The notes under the pieces are model-generated. The model was not told where the DNA came from. It was given only the letters and a program-made list of their open reading frames with translations, and did not search any database. From an uncultured Alphaproteobacteria bacterium (GTDB lineage: Bacteria > Pseudomonadota > Alphaproteobacteria > Sphingomonadales > Sphingomonadaceae), in assembly GCA_963732725.1 (NCBI GenBank), contig CAVTAQ010000007.1:209402-273401 (forward strand): a stretch of 64,000 nt of DNA, written 5' to 3'. Shown one piece after another: positions 50,243-59,529 of the stretch (its first letter is position 1; every line of letters begins with the position of its first letter). Made by a program: the position numbers and the translations under genes.

Positions 50243-51550
50243 ATGAACCGGCGGCTGACGCTCTATATCCTGATCGGCATGGTTCTGGGCGTGATCGCCG
50301 GATACGCGGTTAACATCGGCGTTGCGAAAGACAGCGCTGCCTTCGACTACTGGACCAAGAGCTTCGGCCTGCTTTCGGCGATATTCCTTAACCTTATCAA
50401 GATGCTGGTTGCGCCGCTGGTGCTGGCGACAATCGTCTCGGGCATCGCCCACATGGGCGATAGCGCCGCGCTTGGCCGCATCGGCTTTCGCGCGATTTCC
50501 TGGTTCATCATCGCCAGTTTCATTTCGATCGGGCTCGGGCTGGTCATGGTCAACCTGTTCCAGCCGGGGGCGGGCATCGATCTGCAAGTGGCGGCGAAGG
50601 AGGTAGGCGAGGTCAAGAAGCTCGACCTGTTCGAATTCATCGAGCATGTTTTTCCCAAGAACGCGTTCCAGGCGCTGGCCGAAAACAATGTGCTGCAGAT
50701 CCTGGTGTTCTCGCTGTTCGCCGGGGTGGGGCTGACCGCCATCGGCGAGAAAGGCGCGCCGCTGGTGCGCGGGGCGGAAGCGCTGGCCGAGCTGATGCTG
50801 CAGATCACCAACTATGTGATGCGGCTGGCACCTTTCGCGGTGTTCGGCGCGCTGGCCAAGGTTGTTGCCGCCAACGGGCTTGGCATCCTGGCGACCTATG
50901 CCGCCCTGCTGGGTGAATTCTATCTTGCGCTGCTGCTGCTGTGGGCGATCCTGCTGGGCGCGGGTGCGGTGTTCCTGGGGCGGCGCATTTTCATGCTGGT
51001 GCGCTATGTCCGCGAGCCGGTGCTGATTGCCTTCTCGACCGCCAGCAGCGAGGCCGCGATGCCCAAGCTGTTCGAACAGCTAGACCGCTTCGGTGTGCCC
51101 CGGCGCATATCGGGGCTGATGCTGCCGCTGGGCTATTCGTTCAACCTCGATGGTTCGATGATGTATGCCAGCTTCGCCACGATCTTCATCGCCCAGGCCT
51201 ATGGCTTGCAGCTCGACTGGATGACGCAGGCGCTGATCCTGCTGACCCTGATGGTCTCATCCAAGGGCATCGCCGCCGTGCCGCGCGCGAGCCTGGTGGT
51301 GATTACCGCGACGCTGGCGATGTTTGGCCTGCCGGTCGAGGGTGTTGCGCTGCTGCTCGCCATCGATCAGTTCCTCGACATGGGCCGCACGGCGACCAAT
51401 GTGCTGGGCAATTCGGTGGCGACTGCGGTGATCACCAAGTGGGAAGGCATGCTGCAGGTGCCGCTCGATCCCGATGCGGAAGAGCCGGAAGCGCCTGCCG
51501 ATACGCCCGAGGAAGGCAAGAAGGGGTTGCACCTCGATCCGGAGGAATAG
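50243..51550 (+). CDS. Dicarboxylate/amino acid:cation symporter
   Basis: FSTASSEA, GYSFNLDG, DMGRTATN. Confidence 0.92.
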   Translation: MNRRLTLYILIGMVLGVIAGYAVNIGVAKDSAAFDYWTKSFGLLSAIFLNLIKMLVAPLVLATIVSGIAHMGDSAALGRIGFRAISWFIIASFISIGLGLVMVNLFQPGAGIDLQVAAKEVGEVKKLDLFEFIEHVFPKNAFQALAENNVLQILVFSLFAGVGLTAIGEKGAPLVRGAEALAELMLQITNYVMRLAPFAVFGALAKVVAANGLGILATYAALLGEFYLALLLLWAILLGAGAVFLGRRIFMLVRYVREPVLIAFSTASSEAAMPKLFEQLDRFGVPRRISGLMLPLGYSFNLDGSMMYASFATIFIAQAYGLQLDWMTQALILLTLMVSSKGIAAVPRASLVVITATLAMFGLPVEGVALLLAIDQFLDMGRTATNVLGNSVATAVITKWEGMLQVPLDPDAEEPEAPADTPEEGKKGLHLDPEE

Positions 51551-51553
51551 AAG

Positions 51554-51722
51554 GTTTCGCGCAGCGGCGCAGAGAGGAACGCGGGAGGCGCAGAGGGGTT
51601 TGCCTGCGGCGAAGCCGCTCTTCCATCTGCATCGCGTTCACGCCAGGTATAGTGGCAGCGCTTCGCCTCGCAAGCCTGCGGCGCTGCGGCTCCCCTTTCT
51701 TCTCTGCGTCTCCGCGCGAACC
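51554..51722. repeat. Palindromic MITE-like element (TTCGCGC...CGCAGAG family)
   Basis: Terminal IRs GGTTTCGCGCAGCGGCGCAGAGA / TCTCTGCGTCTCCGCGCGAACC; inner IR around GGCGAAGC. Confidence 0.7.
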
Positions 51723-51726
51723 CGAC

Positions 51727-52374
51727 TTACATCTTCTTCGGTTCCGGATCTTCGCCTTGAACCCGCACAGGTCGGCCACCGGGCAGCGCCAGCACTCGGG
51801 CGTGCGAGCCTTGCAGATATAGCGGCCATGCAGGATCAGCCAGTGGTGCGCGCCCACCCGGAAGGGCTGCGGCACTTTCTTCTCCAGCGCCTTCTCGACC
51901 GCGATCACTGTCTTGCCCTTGGCCAGGCCGGTGCGGTTGCCGAGGCGGAAGATGTGGGTGTCGACGGCAAATGTCTCCGCCCCGAAGGCGCAGTTCATCA
52001 CCACATTGGCGGTCTTGCGCCCGACCCCGGGCAGGGTGGTCAGCACATCTCGGTCCGCCGGAACCACGCCGCCGTGTTCGCGGACAAGTATCTCTGACAG
52101 TGCAATGACGTTCTTCGCCTTGGCGTTGAACAGGCCGATGGTCTTGATGTGCTGCTTGAGGCCCTCTTCGCCCAGATCGACCATCTGCTGCGGTGTCGTC
52201 ACCTCGCGGAACAACGCCCGCGTCGCCTTGTTGACCCCGACATCGGTCGCCTGCGCCGAAAGTACCACCGCGACCAGCAACTGGTAGGTATTGCCGAACT
52301 CCAGCTCGGTTTCGGGCGATGGATTGGCCTCGGCGAGGCGGCGGAAGAATTCGAAGATATTCGTCCTTCTTCAA
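51727..52374 (-). CDS. nth: Endonuclease III (frameshifts near both ends)
   Basis: LSAQATD, LPGVGRKTANVV, VDTH, CKARTPECWRCPVADLC. Confidence 0.92.
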   Translation of the reverse strand: MKKDEYLRILPPPRRGQSIARNRAGVRQYLPVAGRGGTFGAGDRCRGQQGDAGVVPRGDDTAADGRSGRRGPQAAHQDHRPVQRQGEERHCTVRDTCPRTRRRGSGGPRCADHPARGRAQDRQCGDELRLRGGDICRRHPHLPPRQPHRPGQGQDSDRGREGAGEESAAALPGGRAPLADPAWPLYLQGSHARVLALPGGRPVRVQGEDPEPKKM

Positions 52375-53100
52375 AGGTCCAGCACCTCGCCCATGCCATA
52401 GCGCTTTGCCGCTTTCCCGATCAGCCACTGCGCCGCTTTCACCGCGCCCTTGGCGAAGATCATGCGGTCGGCGGCGTGGTGGGAGAGTGTGAGATGTTCG
52501 TAGTCCGACAGGAACTGGACGGTGTGATCGCCCGCCACCTCGCCCCCGCGCAGGCTCGCAAAACCGATGGTTCCGGCCTCGCGCGCGCCGGTGATGCCGT
52601 CGCGCCCGCGCACGGCATTTGATGCCAGCGCGATGCCGCGGCCTGCCGCCGCCGCCTCGCCCAGCAACAAGGCCGTGCCCGAAGGGGCATCGACCTTGCG
52701 GCGATGATGGGTCTCGACAATTTCGATGTCCCAGTCATCGCCGAGGCGGCTTGCCGCCTCGCGCACCAGATGGGCCAGCAGGGTTACGCCGAGCGAGGTA
52801 TTGCCGGTCTGCAGCACGGCAATCTTTTCGGCTGCGTGGTCGCACAGCCAGTGGTGGCGCTCTTCGAGGCCGGTGGTGCCGATGACGATGGGCACGCCCG
52901 CCGCCATGGCCGCATCGAGGTTTGCTTCAAGCGCATGCGGACTGGAGAAATCGACCAGCACATCGCTTGTCTTCGCCAGCGCGAGCGGATCGCCGCCCTG
53001 GTCGATGCCGCCCGCATGCTGCTTCGCCAGCCGCCGCGATGGCGTTCACCAGGGCCTGGCCCATGCGTCCTTCGCTGCCGATAATTCCGATGCGCGCCAT
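52371..53100 (-). CDS. dapB: 4-hydroxy-tetrahydrodipicolinate reductase (frameshift at about 53020)
   Basis: MARIGIIGSEGRMG, IGTTG, ETHHRRKVDAPSGTA. Confidence 0.93.
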
Positions 53101-53126
53101 TGAATCTCCCCTGCGGAGCGTGCTTC

Positions 53127-53849
53127 ATGGCCGCGATGAGCAATATCCGCAACATCGTCATCCTCACCGGTGCAGGAGTTTCCGCCGAAAGCGGGATCGA
53201 TACCTTCCGTTCCGCCAATGGTTCAGGGGGTGGACTGTGGGAACAGCACCGGGTCGAGGACGTCGCCACGCCTGAGGCCTTCGCGCGCGATCCGAACCTC
53301 GTGCTGCGCTTCTACGACATGCGCCGCGCGGCGATCCAGACCAAGCTGCCCAATGCGGCGCACGACGCGCTGGCGCGGCTCGATGCGAAGTGGAAGGGCG
53401 AACTGCTGATCGTCACCCAGAATGTCGACGATCTCCACGAGCGGGCCGGGGCCCGCCGGGTGCTCCACATGCATGGCGAGCACCTGCTGGCCTGGTGCAC
53501 GGCTTGCGATGAGCGATCCCGCTGGAGAGGTTCCCTGATCGAGCGCCCTCCCTGCCCGGTCTGCGGCGCACGAAGTCTCCGGCCGGATGTCGTCTGGTTT
53601 GGCGAGATGCCCTACCGGATGGACGAGATTTATGCGGCGCTGCGCCGCTGCGACCTGTTCGTTTCGATCGGAACGTCAGGCGCAGTCTATCCAGCGGCTG
53701 GTTTTGTGCGCGATGCCCGCGAACTGGGCGCGCGGACGCTGGAGCTCAATCTCGAACCGTCGCAGGGCAGCGCCTGGTTCCACGAATGCCGCCACGGCCC
53801 GGCGAGCGAAGTGGTGCCGGGATGGGTGGAGGAAATACTGGGCAGGTAA
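53127..53849 (+). CDS. cobB: NAD-dependent protein deacylase (sirtuin)
   Basis: TGAGVSAESG, TQNVDDLH, HMHG, RPDVVWFGE, GTSG. Confidence 0.93.
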   Translation: MAAMSNIRNIVILTGAGVSAESGIDTFRSANGSGGGLWEQHRVEDVATPEAFARDPNLVLRFYDMRRAAIQTKLPNAAHDALARLDAKWKGELLIVTQNVDDLHERAGARRVLHMHGEHLLAWCTACDERSRWRGSLIERPPCPVCGARSLRPDVVWFGEMPYRMDEIYAALRRCDLFVSIGTSGAVYPAAGFVRDARELGARTLELNLEPSQGSAWFHECRHGPASEVVPGWVEEILGR

Positions 53850-53852
53850 GAT

Positions 53853-54092
53853 TTTCGCGCAGAGACGCAGAGAGCGCAAAGAAGAGAAAAAGAAGATGGT
53901 CTCACGCGAAGGCGATAAGGCGCGAAGAAGTTGTGAAGCGCCGCAGGCTATCTCTTCAGTCGAATCGCTACGATTTGCGCTCTGTCGAGACTTTATAGCG
54001 GCTTCGCCGTAGTCATAAATTCTTCGCGCCTTATCGCCTTCGCGCGAGATAAAATCTCTTATTCTCTGCGAGCTCTGCGTCTCTGCGCGAAA
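53853..54092. repeat. Nested palindromic element (two IR pairs)
   Basis: Outer TTTCGCGCAGAGACGCAGAG / CTCTGCGTCTCTGCGCGAAA; inner 30-bp IR at 53900-53929 / 54020-54049 with one mismatch. Confidence 0.8.
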
Positions 54093-54095
54093 CCT

Positions 54096-54867
54096 TCAAA
54101 TCTTGTCGCATCCTCTGCACTCCGGATCCTTTGCAATCCGCAAAGTCCGCAAGCTGGGTGCGAGGCCATCGAACAGGTGGAGCTTGCCCCATTGCGGATC
54201 GCCGAGCGCCGCGTGGCCCTGCACGATCACCCGCACCGCCTGCATTGCCGCAAAGCTGCCGACCATGCCCACCATGGCTCCCAGAACCCCGTCCGCCGCG
54301 CAGGTGTCGCAATCTTCCGCATCGAAGGCATCGCCAACGAAGCAGCGGTAGCAGGCCTCGCCCGGGAGGTGCCCGGCAAAATTGGCGACCTGGCCCTGAA
54401 AGCGCCCCAAAGCCGCGCTTACCAGCGGGACGCCCGCCGCGACACAGGCATCTGAAACCCGCAGCCGAGTCGCGAAGTTGTCACAGCCATCGAGCACTAC
54501 GATTTGCACCCTCGGGTACCCGCGCGGCGTTTTCCTCCCCCACCCTCAAGGCGACCGCGCGGGCTTCGAGGGCCGGATCGAACCGGCGCACCCATTCGGC
54601 GGCGGCCTCGGCCTTGGAGCGGCCAATGTCGGCAGGGGTGAAGATGGTCTGGCGTTGCAGGTTCGACGCTTCGACCACATCGTCGTCCCACAGCGTCAAT
54701 CGCCCGATTCCGGCGGCGGCGAGGTATTGCAGGGCAGGCGAGCCGATCCCGCCGCAGCCGACCAGCACCACATGCGCCCCGGCCAGCGCCACCTGCCCGG
54801 CGCCGCCCAGCTCTGGCAGGACGATATGGCGGGCGAAACGGTCGAGGCGTTCGGGGGAAAGCGACAT
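54096..54867 (-). CDS. HesA/MoeB/ThiF adenylyltransferase (frameshift at about 54520)
   Basis: RFARHIVLPE, VGCGGIG, SNLQRQ, DGCDN, CYRC, CRGC. Confidence 0.88.
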
Positions 54868-55021
54868 GGCCCCGCGATTAGGCCAGCTTGAGCGGGCTGA
54901 GAAGGGGGGAGGGCAATTTGGCTTACGTTCAGCTTCCCGGGGGCTAAGATCGTGCGCGCGGGCAAGGGGGGCAAGCTGCGGGGTGCGATTTGCCGGTTGC
55001 CGCTGCAAACAGGAGGGTCAC

Positions 55022-55480
55022 ATGAAAAAACTGCTTTTGGTGGGCGTGATGTTGGGGCTGGCGGCTCCCGCTTCGGCCGGTCTGCTTTCAGGCGCGAACC
55101 TGATCAATGTTGCCAAGGTCGTGCTCAACAACCGGGCGGTGCTCAACAAGGGGGCCGCGCAGTGTCCAGGTCAGGTCACGCTGCAACCGAAGGACAATCT
55201 GCTGATGACGGCTGCCCGGGCGGCGGTTCAGAAGGCGCTGCCGGTAACGCAGTTCACCGGGCTTGAAACCGCTGCGAACACTGCCGCCAACCGTTCGGCA
55301 GCCGCACCTGAATTCTGCCAGACCACCGCCGCCAAGAAGCCCGGACTGCTCGGCGGCATAGCCGATGCAGCGCGCAAGATGGGTGTCGGCGGCGGGATTC
55401 TGGGGAGCGGCGCGACGACGCCGACCACGAGTGGAGCCGGCAATGTGCTTGGCGGCATTCTGGGCGGTACGAAGCCCTGA
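55022..55480 (+). CDS. Secreted hypothetical protein
   Basis: GGAGG RBS, MKKLLL signal peptide, two Cys, Gly-rich tail. Confidence 0.7.
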   Translation: MKKLLLVGVMLGLAAPASAGLLSGANLINVAKVVLNNRAVLNKGAAQCPGQVTLQPKDNLLMTAARAAVQKALPVTQFTGLETAANTAANRSAAAPEFCQTTAAKKPGLLGGIADAARKMGVGGGILGSGATTPTTSGAGNVLGGILGGTKP

Positions 55481-55492
55481 CTGGTGGCTGCG

Positions 55493-56998
55493 TCAGCTTT
55501 CGAGCTGGCGCAGCAGACTGCGCACGTCGCCGTCCATATCCGCATCCCGCGTGCGCAGGTCTTCGATCAGGCGCACTGCGTGGATCACGGTCGAATGATC
55601 GCGCCCGCCGAACTTGCGGCCGATCTCGGGATAGCTGCGCGGGGTAAGCACCTTGGCGAGATACATCGCCACCTGCCTCGGCCGGACCACTGCGCGGGCA
55701 CGGCGCTTGCTCGACATTTCGGTGCGGTCGACCCGGTAGAACTGGCAAACCGTGCGCTGGATCTCGTCAATAGTGATCCGGCGGCGATTGGCCGAGAGGA
55801 TATCGGTGAGCTGCTCTTCGGCGAGCTGGAGCGATACCACCTGCCCGGTCAGCTGGGCATAGGCGATCAGCTTGTTGAGCCCGCCCACCAGCTCGCGGAT
55901 GTTGCGGTTGATCGTGCGGGCGAGGAATTCGATGACGTCGGCAGGCACGTCGGCAGGCGAGAATCGCGCAAGGCGATGTTCGAGGATCGAGCGGCGCAGT
56001 TCGATGTCAGCGGGCTGGATGTCGGCGACAAGGCCCATGGAAAGCCGCGAGAGGAGGCGCTGTTCCACACCGTCGAGCGCCTGTGGGGCGCGGTCGGCGG
56101 CGAACACCAGGCGCTTGCCTTCGGCCAGCAGCGCATCGATCGTGTAAAGCAGCTCTTCCTGAGCCGATGCCTTGCCAATGATGAACTGGATATCGTCGAC
56201 CAGCAGCAGATCGAAGCCGCGCAGCCGCGTCTTGAACTCGATGGTCTGGTTCTGGCGCAGCGCCTGGACGAATTCGACCATGAAGCGTTCGGCCGAGCAG
56301 TAGAAAATGCGCGCCCGCGGATGGGCGGCAAGATAGGAATGGCCGATCGCGTGGAGCAGGTGGGTCTTGCCCTGGCCGGTCGCCGCCTTGAGATAGAGCG
56401 GGGCGAACTGGGGCTTTTCTACAGCCGCCATGCGCTGTGCTGCGTTCGAGGCGAGGATATTTGAGGTGCCGGTCACGAAGGTCGCGAAAACAAGCGAGGG
56501 ATCGAGGCCGATCGGCGCCTGTCCGATCACGGCGAATTCCTCGCCGCCCATTTCGAGCATGGAACCATCGCGGCTGGCGCCATTACCGTCGTTGGCCGCA
56601 CGCCGTGCGCTCGCGGCGCTGTTGCCCAGCCGCAGTTCCGGCAGTTGGCGGCGACCGGGATGCACCGAGATGCGGACATGGCGCACATCGGGCCGGGCGA
56701 TCTTCCAGGCCAGCGACAGGCGGTCGGCAAAGCGGTCGTTCACCCAGTTCGCTGAGAATTCCGTCGGCAGAAACAAATCGAGCGTGCCGGTCTGTGCGCA
56801 GAAGGTTCCTAGCGAGATCGGCTTGATCCACTGGTTGTGAAGCTGCTGCCCGAGATCCTTGCGGAGTCCCTGGCTGATGTCGGACCAGTCGGCCGCAAGA
56901 TTCACCGCTTCAAAATCGTCTTCCATTCGCGTCCCGCCCGTCTTTATCTTGGAAGGCACGATTGTTGCGCGCTCTCCCCCATGCGATGAAACTGTCAC
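55493..56998 (-). CDS. dnaA: Chromosomal replication initiator DnaA
   Basis: GQGKTHL, DDIQF, RQVAMYL, GGRDHSTV; start could instead be ATG at 56926. Confidence 0.97.
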   Translation of the reverse strand: MTVSSHGGERATIVPSKIKTGGTRMEDDFEAVNLAADWSDISQGLRKDLGQQLHNQWIKPISLGTFCAQTGTLDLFLPTEFSANWVNDRFADRLSLAWKIARPDVRHVRISVHPGRRQLPELRLGNSAASARRAANDGNGASRDGSMLEMGGEEFAVIGQAPIGLDPSLVFATFVTGTSNILASNAAQRMAAVEKPQFAPLYLKAATGQGKTHLLHAIGHSYLAAHPRARIFYCSAERFMVEFVQALRQNQTIEFKTRLRGFDLLLVDDIQFIIGKASAQEELLYTIDALLAEGKRLVFAADRAPQALDGVEQRLLSRLSMGLVADIQPADIELRRSILEHRLARFSPADVPADVIEFLARTINRNIRELVGGLNKLIAYAQLTGQVVSLQLAEEQLTDILSANRRRITIDEIQRTVCQFYRVDRTEMSSKRRARAVVRPRQVAMYLAKVLTPRSYPEIGRKFGGRDHSTVIHAVRLIEDLRTRDADMDGDVRSLLRQLES

Positions 56999-57355
56999 CC
57001 GGATTTACTCCCTGACTATCAGCCCCATTGCGCCCTAAATTCCAGGCACCGGTGCGCAAAGCTCCGCTGCCGCCCGCCACCTTGGTTGCAGGAATGAACG
57101 TATCGATATTGTTTCTAGCCGCCCGGGCTGATTCCGCTTCGGGCGAAGCTTTCTATGGACGGTTGTCGGGAGAGGGCAAGGCGGCGGATGTAAAAAAAAG
57201 TAAATATTTCGCCTTGACACTCGCTGACCCAAGGAAATGCCTGCATTCTCTTCATATCTTATTGATAATATGATATTTTGTGCATTGCAGTGATGCGAAT
57301 CGCGAGAAATCCCTGAGTTTGCAAAGGGGCTTGTGCGGCGCGTCACAGCAGACGC

Positions 57356-57382
57356 AAAAAGGCCCGGCGCGGCGGCCGGGCC
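57356..57382 (-). terminator. Intrinsic terminator downstream of rpsT
   Basis: Minus strand GGCCCGGC-cgccgc-GCCGGGCC-TTTTT. Confidence 0.75.
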
Positions 57383-57460
57383 ATGTTCTTTTTTCGTCCC
57401 GAAATTGAACTGGTGTTCAGCGAATCACGGCTTTGACCGGATCCGAATCGGAAGCGCGAA

Positions 57461-57721
57461 TCAGAGTGCGGCGACTCGCTTCGACAGGCGCGAGAACTTG
57501 CGCGAAGCGGTGTTCTTGTGAAGCACGCCGCGTGCCACGCCGCGCGCGAGTTCGGGCTGTGCTTCGCTCAGTGCCGAAGCCGCTGCTGCCTTGTCGCCAC
57601 CTTCGATCGCGCTCTCGACCTTTTTGACGAAAGTGCGGATGCGGCTGACGCGGGCGATATTGATGTCGGCGCGGCGATTGTTGCGACGGATGCGCTTTTT
57701 AGCTTGCGGCGTATTGGCCAT
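57461..57721 (-). CDS. rpsT: 30S ribosomal protein S20
   Basis: [12 protein letters not shown]...HKNTASRK. Confidence 0.97.
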   Translation of the reverse strand: MANTPQAKKRIRRNNRRADINIARVSRIRTFVKKVESAIEGGDKAAAASALSEAQPELARGVARGVLHKNTASRKFSRLSKRVAAL

Positions 57722-57846
57722 GATCGTCCTTTGCGGGGCCGCTCAGCGGCCGTTCCTGTGTTCTTCAATGCGGCAAACCCGCAAACTCGCGTCCGCAGGA
57801 AAGCGCGGCCCATAGCTTCGCCATCCGCAATCGTCAACACGAGCGC

Positions 57847-58662
57847 TCACCTCTGGCATTTCGGGCACCAGAATGTGCTCCTGCCGCCCTGGACGAACCT
57901 GAGCACCGGGGCGCTGCATGAGCAGGGCTGGCCCTCACGGCCATAAACGCGCCAGCTCGCGGCAAAATAGCCAAGCTCTCCGCTCGGCTGGGCATAATCG
58001 CGGATCGTCGATCCGCCGGCTTCGATTGATTCGGCCAGAACCTGCCTGATCGCGGGGACCAGACGCTCGATGGATCGTCGCGGCACCGATCCCGCCGCGC
58101 GATCAGGCCTGATGCCTGCGCGGTGGAGGGCTTCGCATACATAGATGTTGCCAAGCCCGGCAACGATCCGCTGGTCGAGCAGCAGCACCTTGATCGGCGT
58201 TGCGCGGCCCGCAAGCGACCGGGCGAGATGGGCTGGCGTGAATTGCTTCACCAAGCGGTTCGGGCCCGAGTGCGGCAAACGATGCGAATGATTCGAGCCC
58301 GGCGGTTTCGACCAGATCGACCGAGCCGAAGCGACGCGCATCGTTGAGCGCCAGCACATGGCCCGCAGCGGTCTCAAGCACGAGATGATCGTGTTTTTCG
58401 ATACGATTCCGGCTCGATCCGCCAGCGTCCCGACATGCCGAGGTGAAAGATCATGGTCTGCTCGCGATCGGTGTGGATCAGACCGTATTTGGCCCGGCGG
58501 GCAAGTGTGGTGACTTTCGCCCCGGTGAGCGCCTGGACCAATGATCGGCGGAAACGGGCGGCGCAGGTCTGGCCGGTTGACCGATACGCGGGCGATGCGC
58601 GTGCCTTCCAGATAGCGGGCCAGCCCGCGCACAGTGGTTTCGACTTCGGGAAGCTCTGGCAT
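57847..58662 (-). CDS. mutM: Formamidopyrimidine-DNA glycosylase (about three frameshifts)
   Basis: MPELPEVE, RRAKY, HLGMSG, GLGNIY, C-terminal Zn finger CPKCQ. Confidence 0.92.
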   Translation of the reverse strand: MPELPEVETTVRGLARYLEGTRIARVSVNRPDLRRPFPPIIGPGAHRGESHHTCPPGQIRSDPHRSRADHDLSPRHVGTLADRAGIVSKNTIISCLRPLRAMCWRSTMRVASARSIWSKPPGSNHSHRLPHSGPNRLVKQFTPAHLARSLAGRATPIKVLLLDQRIVAGLGNIYVCEALHRAGIRPDRAAGSVPRRSIERLVPAIRQVLAESIEAGGSTIRDYAQPSGELGYFAASWRVYGREGQPCSCSAPVLRFVQGGRSTFWCPKCQR

Positions 58663-58719
58663 CGCAAAGCGCCTAACAGTGTTTGCCCGCCGCCGAAACT
58701 CCCCTAAAGCGCGCCCTGT

Positions 58720-59451
58720 ATGAGCGAGACAGTATCTTTCGGCTACGAACAGGTTTCCCCTGATGAGAAGCAGGCGCGCGTCGGCGCTGTATTCTCCAGC
58801 GTCGCACGCAAATATGATGTGATGAACGATGCCATGTCGGGCGGCATGCACCGGCTGTGGAAGGACAAGTTCGTGCGCCGCGTGAAGCCCCGGCCGGGCG
58901 AGTCAATTCTCGACATGGCGGGCGGCACCGGTGATATCGCCTTCCGGATGGATGAGGCCGGGGCCGATGTCACTGTATCCGACATCAACCAGGACATGCT
59001 CGATGCAGGGATCGAACGGGCACTGAAGCGCGGCATCGACAGCCTCGTCTGGTCGCGCCAGAATGCCGAGGAGCTGGCATTCCCGGACCGCACCTTCGAT
59101 GCCTATACCATCGCCTTCGGCATCCGGAACGTCACCCACATCGACAAGGCACTGGCCGAGGCGCACCGGGTGCTGAAATTCGGCGGGCGGTTTTTCTGCC
59201 TCGAATTCTCGACGACAGAATGGCCGGGCTTCAAGCAGGCCTACGATCTCTATTCGCACCGGCTGGTGCCAAAGTTGGGTCAGGCGATCGCCGGAGATGC
59301 CGAAAGCTATCGATACCTGATCGAATCGATTCGCCGTTTCCCGCCGATGCGTGAATTCGAGGCGATGATCGGCAAGGCAGGCTTCACCCAGACCAAGGTT
59401 GAGCCGATGCTGGGCGGGCTGGTGGCCATTCATTCGGGGTGGAAGATTTGA
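58720..59451 (+). CDS. ubiE: Ubiquinone/menaquinone C-methyltransferase
   Basis: YDVMNDAMS, DMAGGTGD, AFGIRNV. Confidence 0.95.
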   Translation: MSETVSFGYEQVSPDEKQARVGAVFSSVARKYDVMNDAMSGGMHRLWKDKFVRRVKPRPGESILDMAGGTGDIAFRMDEAGADVTVSDINQDMLDAGIERALKRGIDSLVWSRQNAEELAFPDRTFDAYTIAFGIRNVTHIDKALAEAHRVLKFGGRFFCLEFSTTEWPGFKQAYDLYSHRLVPKLGQAIAGDAESYRYLIESIRRFPPMREFEAMIGKAGFTQTKVEPMLGGLVAIHSGWKI

Positions 59452-59529
59452 CGTGGATTGTGCGTTGACCGCGCCCGGCAAAGCCGCGCGCTCGCGGGCC
59501 GGTGCCGCTGCCGCCGTGAGGTGGAAAAA

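Noticed and set aside
51554-54092. CRISPR array
   Set aside because: The repeats are inverted and isolated, not regularly spaced direct repeats; no cas genes
53127-54867. Sirtuin + ThiF as an anti-phage system
   Set aside because: Housekeeping CobB-type and MoeB-type sequences, convergent, in a core context
56999-57460. oriC next to dnaA
   Set aside because: No clear TTATCCACA-type box cluster seen; alphaproteobacterial origins are often unlinked from dnaA
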